A DNA stretch of 64,000 nt, from positions 13,667 through 77,666 of the forward strand of contig JAFUBW010000004.1 in assembly GCA_017459965.1 (NCBI GenBank), written 5' to 3'. Below, one piece after another: positions 47,401 through 56,171 of the stretch; positions within the stretch are counted from its first letter, which is position 1; each line of letters begins with the position of its first letter. Source of the DNA: Bacilli bacterium. Lineage in GTDB: Bacteria; Bacillota_I; Bacilli_A; RF39; UBA660. The notes under the pieces were generated by a model. The model was not told the origin of the DNA, ran no database searches, and was given only the letters and a program-made list of their open reading frames with translations. A program made the position numbers and the translations under genes.

Positions 47401-48365
47401 GTACCAGTAAAGAAAGTTGTATAACCGTCATTCGCTCCATCCCAATCATCAGAATGAGTAACTTCACTACCATCAATTGTAGTTTTATAAGATGCACCTT
47501 TTATTAATTCACCAGTTATAAAGTCAGTCTTTTTAACTTTAATACAATAATATTTTTTATGATCTGACTTAGTCACTACAGTAGCATCCCCTGGACATCC
47601 ACTATCACTCATTTGAGTTAATGATGATGAACTAACAGACATAGCTGCAGGACTATCTATACAATATCCTTCAGGAGCACCTATTTCAGTAACTGTATAA
47701 TCATCTCTTGAAAGATCTGTAAAAGTACATGTTCCTCCAGAAGTAGTACAAGTTTGTCCATCACTTAATCTAAATGTTGCCTCATTTAATGAAGCTGATG
47801 TTTCTGTATCTTGTTTTCTTACTTTTAAACAATATTTTTTATTTGTCCAATAAACCATATTTTGAGCACCACTAACACCAATCATATATGCTCTAAATCC
47901 GCTTGGTGGATCGGGAGAATTATTTATAAGAGCATTAGTTAGATCTCTTAAATTTTGATCTAAATTTGGTAGCCCCATATCCCAATCTTGATCAGAATTA
48001 TAAACATAAGATAGCATTACATGTGAGAATGCATATAAATCTTCAGCATCTCCACCAAGTCCTACATTTATAAAGTGTTGTTCAATAGCACTATCCCATC
48101 CAGGAGCACCATATGAATAATATAATGCTTTTCTTAAATCACCACCAATTTCTGTTGAACTATATGTTCCAGAAGGTGGATTAACTCTACTTGGTTCAAC
48201 ACAAAAAGCATTACCACTACCATCATCAACAGAGAAATAGTGTGTTGAGTAAGAACCATAAGATATACTGTGTCCTACATCCAAATAAACACTCTCAGCA
48301 TTTACTGATACTGAAAATGATATAAATACTAAAAATGTAAATAATAATCTTCTAATATATTTCAT
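44439..48365 (-). CDS. Cys-rich multi-domain surface adhesin with thioester-domain-like N-terminus, repeated SpaA/Cna-B-type domains and a C-terminal sorting-signal-like tail
   Basis: Signal peptide ...SVSVNAES. FCVEP (Cys55) and GAQNMVYW (Gln168) resemble thioester-domain motifs. The pattern x(A/K)PxGY recurs (GAPEGY, IAPVGY, KAPTGY, VAPKNY), typical of prealbumin-like SpaA domains. The C-terminus is GPRTG, then a hydrophobic stretch, then QRKKK. Confidence 0.8.
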   Translation of the reverse strand: MKYIRRLLFTFLVFISFSVSVNAESVYLDVGHSISYGSYSTHYFSVDDGSGNAFCVEPSRVNPPSGTYSSTEIGGDLRKALYYSYGAPGWDSAIEQHFINVGLGGDAEDLYAFSHVMLSYVYNSDQDWDMGLPNLDQNLRDLTNALINNSPDPPSGFRAYMIGVSGAQNMVYWTNKKYCLKVRKQDTETSASLNEATFRLSDGQTCTTSGGTCTFTDLSRDDYTVTEIGAPEGYCIDSPAAMSVSSSSLTQMSDSGCPGDATVVTKSDHKKYYCIKVKKTDFITGELIKGASYKTTIDGSEVTHSDDWDGANDGYTTFFTGTQKGSFNVNETIAPVGYELYSGTLQAVANQMTCGKSRSEAEAECKAADPSTFTADSLPTYPEKKYFLNWYKVTENGTTRANGAKFKVKQKDGNQYIKVNGTQSVKDASGVTKTCYVFDGLVSESQASVLESMNTGSANGETCILKVAKGDYTVIETDPAKFHAFGTEASKNITTTTTFNAMTNNNKFVNLKTRFEFTKSVSSGDSGVWKTITTEQLKKIPFNIYDASGNKLSFVKDASGVYQYTGNTIDGPGTTGATQDLYLNDVRKFIVEHLPEGTYSVKEKGSADGACTCRDDNGACVGFYYPEYKNESDYKFTVTDCSNESSNSTSCPTHKSATQGLQNVPTEIHFTKADFYSYEDAADVVDFENDKERNDFDRIVFKLKDSNGNYMSLVKVGNHGTCLTDDSYAEYRYVPQEYLNLLSDEERANLTEELHTCGGHIRITHLCRNKQYFIEEISVPEDSVFTLPEDPADRTREYNIPCCGNTTTPSSSTQVINDKGTRVRFEKRDSKYNYLIPDETTTFQVYQCKKGKECNPADSSDPLNADNVRQLMKFSPRAVISGDEEDPRDAEGLAGVEVYNAMSDSDVARGKNYVTDLHPYHGILVLRYLPAGYNYVLLETVAPKNYTLPKGRDAQTKFTVVNNTVNVDEIDMPNVPTSLLIRKYSDDGKLLKGAQFKIYEGITCDANLSAMNQPKTELKLKTIRDGVYESRPVTDTNIIQTCSDDNGICKSIPLNQVTKLTYTDYLGTWADFDNVVNDELEQVQLDEGEALVQYLEYGHCYIIEEVKAPTGYSLPKNKEDRFTMVTIEENEKYARDTYKNLVNKPTPFTFYKYDEFNNLIDGAEFKLQKLDDNKKYHDITVTQEEIDGELFYKVDEESDNKVITTKDGKATVYYLEVGQYRILETKPAPGKELGKNPNVATFFVDDSGNVYGNAIISNKAKTEKIKASSSAEFIIGPRTGTTVIRYGLIIAILVAVITGLMLLQRKKK

Positions 48366-48374
48366 AAACTCACC

Positions 48375-48878
48375 CTATTTCTTTTCTATTTTTATCTGAA
48401 TTTTCTTTATTGGAAAGAATTCAGATAATCCTTCAGAATAGAATAATGCAGTATCACTTTTTACCCATTCGCCCCATTCTTTATCTTTATTTTTTGTTCT
48501 ATAAACTACATTATATTTTTTACCTAAGTCTTTAGTTAAACCAATTCTAATTCCTATAATATCATCTTTTTTATTTCCTGATATTTTATTAGAACTTAAA
48601 TATTTTTCATTGCTATCTTTATAATAAGTATTAAATGCAACGTCACCTTTTAAATTTGATTTAAGTTTTATTTGAATAGCACTTATGTTATTACTAGTAC
48701 CACATATTTGACTATTCTTACACCATTTTGTCCATCCATTTTCTTTTGTATAAGTTCTATAATATATATTAGCTACGCTATTTTTACTAAATATAAATAA
48801 AAATAAAATAAAAGCAAATATAATAATTATCAAGAACAATGTTATTTTTTTCTTATCATATTTTTTTAATAAATTCAT
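48375..48878 (-). CDS. membrane-anchored ChW-repeat protein
   Basis: N-terminal TM, then repeats YYRTYTKENGWTKWCKNSQICGTSNNISAIQIKL and VVYRTKNKDKEWGEWVKSD...PIKKIQIKI that match the clostridial hydrophobic-W (ChW) repeat pattern. Confidence 0.7.
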   Translation of the reverse strand: MNLLKKYDKKKITLFLIIIIFAFILFLFIFSKNSVANIYYRTYTKENGWTKWCKNSQICGTSNNISAIQIKLKSNLKGDVAFNTYYKDSNEKYLSSNKISGNKKDDIIGIRIGLTKDLGKKYNVVYRTKNKDKEWGEWVKSDTALFYSEGLSEFFPIKKIQIKIEKK

Positions 48879-48909
48879 AATAATCCCTCTCTATTATATA
48901 ATTACTTTT

Positions 48910-48938
48910 ATTGTACTATTTTTAATGGTTTTTGTAAA
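48910..48938 (-). promoter_or_regulatory. sigma-A type promoter for the surface-protein operon
   Basis: The minus sense reads TTTACA, 17 nt, TACAAT, about 30 nt upstream of the ChW gene ATG. Confidence 0.55.
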
Positions 48939-49023
48939 CAAAAATAAGGAAATTTATAAAAAAAATAAATGAAATTTATTCATTTATTTAAGTTCAAATA
49001 AACATACGCTTTCAACATGCCTA

Positions 49024-49124
49024 GTATGCGGTCAACGAACATATCGTTTAACCATGTATTTGGTCAACGAACATATCAATTCATCCGCAGTGTTACACTT
49101 CGTACTGCGGATAAAGAACATATC
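49024..49124. repeat. three direct copies of a ~22-nt motif (GTATKYGGTCAACGAACATATC)
   Basis: Copies lie at 49024-49045 and 49056-49077 (20/22 identical, 32-nt period). A degenerate third copy at 49102-49124 overlaps the 3' arm of a 9-bp hairpin (49083-49112). Confidence 0.7.
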
Positions 49125-49153
49125 GTAACATCTTAATCTTACGATTTAATTTA

Positions 49154-49921
49154 CTATCCTTTCTTAATTATATATAAACTATAAAAACCTAAAATTAAAT
49201 ATGTTGGTAAAATAATATATAAACTTATAATTGGATAAGAAGTATTTGTTGTAAAGCAATATGGTAATGCGCAAATATTAATTATAAAATGTAAGATAAT
49301 TGGTATCCATAAATTATTTGTTTTCTTATATATTGCACCAAAATATATCCCCATAGCAATAGTCCATATTACCTTTGTTGCTATTACTAGCATAGGTTCT
49401 CCAAGTACTCCAAATATATGTCCTAATCCAAAAATTACAGAAGATACTATAATTGCTATTAAAGAACTATTTTTACTTTTATAACTTTTTTTTTCTATTA
49501 AATTTAATAATAAGCCCCTAACGTATAATTCTTCAATTATTGCTACACCAATATAATATATTATTCCTTCAATTAATACTTTCCATATACTAGGCCTTGC
49601 ATCAAGTGTTAATCCAATGAAAAATGCTATACCTGAAATAATTCCAACTACAATACCAATTAATCCATATTTCTTTAAACCAGATACAATTCCTTTTTTA
49701 TTGAATCCCAACTTCCAACTAGGGCAAAGATATTTTAAAGTAAAAAATGATATTAAACCAATGAATAAAAAATTAATCATTAAAGTAAAGTAAATTGGAT
49801 TAATATCTAAAATATTAATATTTACAAATAATGCACTGGGTAATCCACTTATGTCCATAAATGCTAATAAAATAGTTAATACAGAAATTATAATTAATTC
49901 TTTTTTATTCAAGATTATCAC
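49154..49921 (-). CDS. CPBP-family intramembrane metalloprotease
   Basis: Motifs IIEELYVRG (EExxxR), FGLGH (FxxxH) and ILHFIIN (HxxxN); multi-TM. Confidence 0.8.
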   Translation of the reverse strand: MIILNKKELIIISVLTILLAFMDISGLPSALFVNINILDINPIYFTLMINFLFIGLISFFTLKYLCPSWKLGFNKKGIVSGLKKYGLIGIVVGIISGIAFFIGLTLDARPSIWKVLIEGIIYYIGVAIIEELYVRGLLLNLIEKKSYKSKNSSLIAIIVSSVIFGLGHIFGVLGEPMLVIATKVIWTIAMGIYFGAIYKKTNNLWIPIILHFIINICALPYCFTTNTSYPIISLYIILPTYLILGFYSLYIIKKG

Positions 49922-50001
49922 CTCTATATAGAATTATATCATATTTTCAAAATTTATTTACATCGTAATATTACTATTTTACGATTAAAAAAAGATGTTT
50001 C

Positions 50002-51237
50002 TTAAACATCTTTCTTTTCTAAAACCATAACTGTTTCAACATGATAAGTGTTTGAAAACATATCATATGCATTTATTTCTTTTATTATATATTTTTCTTT
50101 TAATACATTGTAATCTCTTGCAAGTGTTACTGGATTACAAGATATATATATTATTTTATTTGGTTTTATTTCTAAAATTGATTTTAATGTTTTTTTATCA
50201 CTTCCACTTCTTGGTGGATCAAGAACTATATTATCTATATTTAATTTTTTTAATGTTTCAATTTTATTTTCTACTTTATCACAAATAAATTCTACATTAG
50301 ATATATTATTTATCTTTAAATTATTATTCGCATCATTAACTGCTTCTTTAACTACTTCTATACCTATTACTTTTTTACTTTTTTCAGATAAAAGAGCCGT
50401 TATTGTACCAGTTCCAGAATAAAGATCTAATGTTATATCAGATTTATCTATATAACTAACTGCCTTTTCATACATCATTTTTGATACTTTTTTATTAACT
50501 TGGAAAAATGATTTTGGTGAAATATTAAACTTATAATTATCAATTGTTTCTACTAGTACTTTTTCCCCATATACTAGATTATTATTTATATAAATACTGT
50601 CTAAGTTATTAAGCTTATCTATAAATAAATCTTTATAATTTATACTTATATTATCAATTGATATCATCACTTTATTATCTATTACTCTAATCATTATCTC
50701 ATTAATTTCATTATCTGGATAATTATTAATAAAATCTTTTAAGTCTTTAATAACATTATTAATTTTATTATCAACAATAAAACATTTATCTATATCTATT
50801 AGAGTATTTGTTTTTTCCTTATAATATCCTATTTTATTTTTATCAACTTTTAAAGTTATCTTATTTCTATAATATAAATTATTACCATTATAAATATTAT
50901 TTACTTTAATATTCTCATTTGTAATCTTTTTAAAAATAGATTCTATTTTTTCTTTTTTAAATTCTAACCCACTATCATAATTTAAATGCATAAGATTACA
51001 TCCACCACATTTATAAAAATAAGGGCATACAGGATCTATTCTATCACTACTTTCTTTTAGTATTTCTACTAAAGTCCCTCTAGCATAATTATCATACATG
51101 TTATCTATTTTTACTTTTACTATTTCTAAAGGAAGTGCATAAGGAATAAATGTAGTAATGCCATCAATTATACCTACACCTTCTGTCTCATTATTTAATC
51201 TTAATATTTTAGTTTCATATGTTTCATTAATTTTCAT
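50002..51237 (-). CDS. 23S rRNA (uracil-5)-methyltransferase, RlmCD/RumA family
   Basis: TRAM-like N-terminus, Fe-S Cys cluster CPYFYKCGGCNLMH, SAM motif DLYSGTGT, and C-terminal DPPRSG ... ISCNP. Confidence 0.85.
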   Translation of the reverse strand: MKINETYETKILRLNNETEGVGIIDGITTFIPYALPLEIVKVKIDNMYDNYARGTLVEILKESSDRIDPVCPYFYKCGGCNLMHLNYDSGLEFKKEKIESIFKKITNENIKVNNIYNGNNLYYRNKITLKVDKNKIGYYKEKTNTLIDIDKCFIVDNKINNVIKDLKDFINNYPDNEINEIMIRVIDNKVMISIDNISINYKDLFIDKLNNLDSIYINNNLVYGEKVLVETIDNYKFNISPKSFFQVNKKVSKMMYEKAVSYIDKSDITLDLYSGTGTITALLSEKSKKVIGIEVVKEAVNDANNNLKINNISNVEFICDKVENKIETLKKLNIDNIVLDPPRSGSDKKTLKSILEIKPNKIIYISCNPVTLARDYNVLKEKYIIKEINAYDMFSNTYHVETVMVLEKKDV

Positions 51238-51323
51238 AGAAAGTCACCAATAATATTATACTATATTTTTTTAATAATTGGGTAAACTATAATTGGGTAA
51301 ACTATTTTAAAAGGAGTTTTTTT

Positions 51324-52706
51324 ATGAATATAGAAACAATAAAAAAATTAATGGAATATTCACCTGATTTAAAGATTAGAGAAATTAATAAGATAAATAT
51401 TATTTTTTTTGAAAGTTTAACAGATTCATCTAGTATTAATGATTTTCTTCTTAAACCAATTGTAAAATATAACATTAATAGTTTTTCTAAATTAAAAAAT
51501 AAAATACCATATGGTAATTTAAAAGAAATAAAAAATGAAACTGATTTGTTTTACTGTTTATACTCTGGTTTTACTATTGTTAATATAGATAATAATTTTA
51601 TGGCTTTTGAAACTAAATATCCTCTTGACTCAGGTATAATAGAATCTACAAATGAAAAGGTTATTAAAGGTCCTAAAGATGCTTTTTCTGAAAATTATCA
51701 AAACAATTTAGGTTTAGTTAGAAAAAGAATAAAATCTAATAAATTAAAAATTAATGAACATGTTATTGGAACTGAAAGTAAGACTAAAGTATCTCTTTTA
51801 TATATAGATGATATTGTAAATGAAGATCTCGTTAATAAAATTAAAAAAAAGCTTAAAACAATGAATTTAGATTATGTTGCCAATAGTAATTATATAGCTG
51901 AAAATTTAACTAATAAATCTTATATGTTTCCAACTAATCTTATGACTGAAAGGCCTGATTTAGTTTCTTTTTCTCTAATGGAAGGCAGAGTTGCGATTAT
52001 AGTTGAAAATTCCCCTCAAGCTTTAATAATTCCTTCTTTTTTTTCAGATTATATTAAAACAATAGATGATTATTATCAAAACACTAAAAATGTATCCATA
52101 ACTAGAATTATTAGAATGCTTGCATTTTTAATCGCAATTATTACGCCAGGTATTTATATTGCACTTACAACTTTTAATCAAGAGACTTTACCTACTACAG
52201 TACTTATTAATTTTTCGATGCAAAGACAGGGTGTTCCTTTTCCATCTGCTGTTGAAGCAATTCTTTTATGGTTAACTTTTGAAATACTTAGAGAAGCTGA
52301 TACAAGAGTACCTTTTGTTGTTGGTTCTTCAATGTCTATAGTAGGAGCCCTAGTACTTGGTCAAGCTGCTGTTGAAGCAGGTATGATATCACCTATTATG
52401 ATAATAGTTATTGCTATAAGTGCAGTTGCTTCATTTTTATTTAGTGATAATGATGTAGTTAATACTATTAGAATATGGAAACTTATATTTTTACTCCTTG
52501 GTTCTTTTGTAGGATTATATGGAATATATATCGCATCACTTTTATTTTTAATAAGAATTGCTTCTATTGAATCATATGGATTTGATTATACTATCCCATA
52601 TGTACCTTTTAATTTAAAAGAACAAGCAAATAATTTTATATTAACAAAAAAATATAAATTAAATAAAAGAAATTCTTTTTTAACCAAAAATATTTTTAGG
52701 AGGTAA
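51324..52706 (+). CDS. spore germinant receptor subunit A (GerA/GerK family)
   Basis: ...VIKGPKDAFSENYQNNLGLVRKRIKS... and a C-terminal multi-TM region typical of GerAA/GerKA. Confidence 0.85.
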   Translation: MNIETIKKLMEYSPDLKIREINKINIIFFESLTDSSSINDFLLKPIVKYNINSFSKLKNKIPYGNLKEIKNETDLFYCLYSGFTIVNIDNNFMAFETKYPLDSGIIESTNEKVIKGPKDAFSENYQNNLGLVRKRIKSNKLKINEHVIGTESKTKVSLLYIDDIVNEDLVNKIKKKLKTMNLDYVANSNYIAENLTNKSYMFPTNLMTERPDLVSFSLMEGRVAIIVENSPQALIIPSFFSDYIKTIDDYYQNTKNVSITRIIRMLAFLIAIITPGIYIALTTFNQETLPTTVLINFSMQRQGVPFPSAVEAILLWLTFEILREADTRVPFVVGSSMSIVGALVLGQAAVEAGMISPIMIIVIAISAVASFLFSDNDVVNTIRIWKLIFLLLGSFVGLYGIYIASLLFLIRIASIESYGFDYTIPYVPFNLKEQANNFILTKKYKLNKRNSFLTKNIFRR

Positions 52707-52710
52707 TGCT

Positions 52711-53877
52711 ATGAAAAAAAATATTATTAAAATAATAATAGCTATATTAATAATATTTATACTAAGTGGTTGTTATAACTATAAAGAGCTCAATAAAATA
52801 GGTATTGTATCTTCTATATCTATCGATAAAGCAGATAATGAATATTTAGTAGGTGCACAAGTTATGAATGTAAAAAGTGAAGAAGAAACAAATTCTAGTA
52901 AAATTATAGTATATGAAGCAAAAGGTAAATCTATAGAAGAAGCACTTAGAAAAATGACTACTAAATCAAATAAAAAATTATATGGTGGGCATTTAGGAAA
53001 ATTAGTAATTAGCGAAGAAGTCGCATCGGAATCTATAATTGATATAATTGATTTGTTTCAAAGACTTCCTGAAATAAAAGATGAATTTACTATTACAATC
53101 TCTAAAGGAATAAAAGCAAATAAAATAATAAAAATTATGACTTCTCCAGAGAGTATTCCTGCAGATTATGTAAAAAGTACAATTGAAACAGCAGATTTAG
53201 ATAGCGCACTTACTTATTCGTCAAAATTAGATGAATTTGTATCTTATTATTTAAAGGATTATATAGATCCAGTAGTAAGTGTCATTGAAGTTAAAAACTA
53301 TAGTGAAAAAGGAACTACCCTTAAAAATAATGAAACATCATATCCACAGACACAAATAAATTTAAATAATATCGCAGTTACATATAATGGAAAATTAGAA
53401 AAATATTTGGATGAAGAAGAAACGATTGGATATAACTTTATTAGAAATAGCATTAATCAAATGATTATTCCAGTAAAATGTGATAATGATGATAATTATG
53501 CATCTGTTTCAATAATAGAAAATAAAACTAAAAACAAAGTACAAAAAGATAACAATAAATATATTATTAATTTTAATGTAAATTCAAAATCAGTAATCAA
53601 TGAATATAACTGTAAAAAAGATTTAGATAAAGAAGAAACCATAAAAGAATTAGAAGAAAAGGCTCAAAAAATAATAAAGAATTATATGATAAAAGCAATA
53701 AATACTCAAAACAATTCTAAAGGACAATTTTTGGGATTAAAAAGAATGATTTATTTAGATTATCCAAAATATAATAATGAAAATTATGATGTGAATATAA
53801 AAGTGCATGTTAATTTATCTAGAAAAGGTGATATAAGAAATTCAACTAAAGGAGAAAAATATGAATACAAAAATTAG
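52711..53877 (+). CDS. spore germinant receptor subunit C (Ger(x)C lipoprotein)
   Basis: Lipobox ILSGC followed by YNYKELNKIGIVSSISIDK, the typical Ger(x)C N-terminus. Confidence 0.85.
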   Translation: MKKNIIKIIIAILIIFILSGCYNYKELNKIGIVSSISIDKADNEYLVGAQVMNVKSEEETNSSKIIVYEAKGKSIEEALRKMTTKSNKKLYGGHLGKLVISEEVASESIIDIIDLFQRLPEIKDEFTITISKGIKANKIIKIMTSPESIPADYVKSTIETADLDSALTYSSKLDEFVSYYLKDYIDPVVSVIEVKNYSEKGTTLKNNETSYPQTQINLNNIAVTYNGKLEKYLDEEETIGYNFIRNSINQMIIPVKCDNDDNYASVSIIENKTKNKVQKDNNKYIINFNVNSKSVINEYNCKKDLDKEETIKELEEKAQKIIKNYMIKAINTQNNSKGQFLGLKRMIYLDYPKYNNENYDVNIKVHVNLSRKGDIRNSTKGEKYEYKN

Positions 53878-54943
53878 TAAAAAAGGATTTTCTTCAATAA
53901 TATATTTTACATCTCAAGTAATGTTCTTAAGAGTAGGAACAACACAAATACTTAATTCAGCAAGAAATGGCAGCATTTATTCTATTATATTGGGAATAAT
54001 TTTCTCACTTATAATTCTTTATTTTATAATAAGATTATGTAATTACGAAAAAGATTTATCATTATTTGAAAAAATAGAAAAATTATATGGTAAAACAATT
54101 GGAAATATTATTAATTTATTTTTATTTGTTATATTTATTTTATTTTTTATATACTTACTATGGAGTGTAAATTCTTATGTACAAAATAAATATTTAGATC
54201 AAACCCCAAGTTATATAATATTGTTGTTATTTTTAATACCAACAATATGGTGTTGTAATTCAGGTGTTAAAACAATAGCAAAAGTATCATTTTCACTATT
54301 TATAATTAGTGTTTTAATGATTATATTCGCAATATCAAATCTTACAACAGTTATAGATATAGAGAATTTCAAGCCTTTTTTTAACACTCCATTTATATCG
54401 ATATTAAAAAATGCATTAATATTTACTGCATATTTTGTTACACCTACATTCATGATGATAACAATTCCAAAAAATATAATATTCGATTCCAAAAATTTAA
54501 CTAAATCAGTAACAAAATTCTATTTGTTAAGCGCACTAAATTACTTACTAATATTCATTTTTATAATAGGAATATTTGGTATTGAACTTTCTAGTATGTA
54601 TAGTTATCCAGAATACTCATTAATGAAAAAAGTTAATTATTTTGATTTTATACAGCATGTTGAAAATATCGCTACTATTCAATTTTTATATTGCTTTTTT
54701 ATATCAAATGTTATGTCATTAAATTTTATTAAAGAATATTTAAACTATAAGAATCAAAATAAAAAAATATTATTTTATATGATTATTGGAATATCATTAT
54801 ATACATCATTAGTATTATTTAAAAATACAACAATTGCATATAATTTTATAAAAAAATATTATATTTATATATATTCAATTCCTTTACTCATAATATTATT
54901 ATCATCTTGTTTTTTTATAAAAATAAAAAAGAAAGAAAATTAA
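53861..54943 (+). CDS. spore germinant receptor subunit B (amino-acid-permease-like)
   Basis: 360 aa, about 10 TM segments. It overlaps the end of the C subunit gene; the A-C-B order matches gerK. Confidence 0.8.
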   Translation: MNTKISKKGFSSIIYFTSQVMFLRVGTTQILNSARNGSIYSIILGIIFSLIILYFIIRLCNYEKDLSLFEKIEKLYGKTIGNIINLFLFVIFILFFIYLLWSVNSYVQNKYLDQTPSYIILLLFLIPTIWCCNSGVKTIAKVSFSLFIISVLMIIFAISNLTTVIDIENFKPFFNTPFISILKNALIFTAYFVTPTFMMITIPKNIIFDSKNLTKSVTKFYLLSALNYLLIFIFIIGIFGIELSSMYSYPEYSLMKKVNYFDFIQHVENIATIQFLYCFFISNVMSLNFIKEYLNYKNQNKKILFYMIIGISLYTSLVLFKNTTIAYNFIKKYYIYIYSIPLLIILLSSCFFIKIKKKEN

Positions 54944-55956
54944 TTTCCTTTCTTGATTGCTATACCATAGTGTTCTCTTACCTTTTCTTCAAGTTCTTCT
55001 CTTAATGCATCATTTTCTTTAAGTAATGTTTTAACTGTTTCTTTACCTTGACCTAATTTTTCACCATTATATGAATACCAAGATCCACTCTTATCAAGAA
55101 TATTAGCTTCAGCTGCTAAATCGATTATTTCAGAAGTTCTGCTAACACCTTCGCCATACATTATTTCAAGTTGAGCAGTTCTAAATGGAGGTGCTACTTT
55201 ATTTTTAACTATCTTTACATTAGTTCTATTACCAATAACACTATCACCTTGTTTAATTTGTTCGCTTCTTCTTACTTCCATCCTAATTGTTGAATAGAAT
55301 TTTAAAGCTCTTCCACCTGGTGTAGTTTCTGGATTTCCAAACATTACACCTACTTTTTCTCTTAATTGATTAATAAAAATTGCAATTGTATTTGTTTTAT
55401 TAATTGTTCCAGACAATTTTCTTAAAGCTTGACTCATAAGTCTTGCTTGAAGACCAACATGACTATCTCCCATTTCACCCTCAATTTCAGCTTGTGGAAC
55501 AAGTGCAGCAACTGAATCTATTACAACTATATTAATAGCTTCACTTCTAACTAAAGCTTCACATATTTCAAGTGCTTGTTCACCAGTATCAGGTTGAGAT
55601 AGTAATAAATTGTTAATATCAACACCTAAATTTTTTGCATAAACTGGATCAAGTGCATGTTCAGCATCAATAAATGCTGCTCTACCTCCAGCTTTTTGTA
55701 CTTCTGCAATTGCATGAAGAGCAAATGTTGTTTTACCTGATGATTCAGGTCCATATATTTCAATTATTCTTCCTTTTGGATATCCACCTACACCTAATGC
55801 TAAATCAAGTGATAATGAGCCACTTGGTGATACATCAATTTCGTTATGAGTATTATCACCTAGTTTCATTATTGCTCCTTTTCCAAATTGCTTTTCTATA
55901 TCGGCAAGTACTTGTGTTAGTACCTTATCTTTATTTTCTTCGTTTGTCTTTGCCAT
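54940..55956 (-). CDS. recA: recombinase RecA
   Basis: [25 protein letters not shown] and the rest of the sequence are unmistakably RecA. Confidence 0.98.
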   Translation of the reverse strand: MAKTNEENKDKVLTQVLADIEKQFGKGAIMKLGDNTHNEIDVSPSGSLSLDLALGVGGYPKGRIIEIYGPESSGKTTFALHAIAEVQKAGGRAAFIDAEHALDPVYAKNLGVDINNLLLSQPDTGEQALEICEALVRSEAINIVVIDSVAALVPQAEIEGEMGDSHVGLQARLMSQALRKLSGTINKTNTIAIFINQLREKVGVMFGNPETTPGGRALKFYSTIRMEVRRSEQIKQGDSVIGNRTNVKIVKNKVAPPFRTAQLEIMYGEGVSRTSEIIDLAAEANILDKSGSWYSYNGEKLGQGKETVKTLLKENDALREELEEKVREHYGIAIKKGN

Positions 55957-55988
55957 TTTGTTTCCTCCTACTTTTCTATTACAATAAT

Positions 55989-56017
55989 ATTATATACTAC
56001 AAAAAAAATAATTGCAA
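55989..56017 (-). promoter_or_regulatory. recA promoter
   Basis: The minus sense reads TTGCAA, 17 nt, TATAAT, followed by an AGGAGG RBS. Confidence 0.55.
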
Positions 56018-56025
56018 GTCTTTTT

Positions 56026-56039
56026 CGAACAATTGTTCT
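56026..56039. promoter_or_regulatory. Cheo box (LexA/DinR operator) upstream of recA
   Basis: CGAACAATTGTTCT fits the Gram-positive SOS box CGAAC-N4-GTTCG (GAAC-N4-GTTC core perfect). It lies just upstream of the -35. Confidence 0.8.
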
Positions 56040-56171
56040 ATTTTTTACATTTTCTCATTTACACATCTATATTTGCATCAAGAAGATTATTTATCTTCTA
56101 ATATATATATTCGTCATTTTTATTGTAAATTCCACTAAAATAATAAAAAAAAAGATAATTTTTAATTATCT

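Noticed and set aside
49030-49077. The CGAACATAT repeats as LexA (Cheo) boxes, or as a mini CRISPR array.
   Set aside because: Each copy matches only the left half plus spacer of CGAACATATGTTCG. The right half-site GTTC is missing (CGTT and CAAT instead), so they are not LexA dimer sites. With only 2-3 copies, ~10-nt gaps and no cas genes, this is not a CRISPR array.
55674-56138. 154-aa plus-strand ORF overlapping the recA 5' end and its promoter region.
   Set aside because: It is antisense to recA and gives a Leu/Phe/Tyr-rich nonsense-like translation. The region is already explained by recA, its promoter and the Cheo box.
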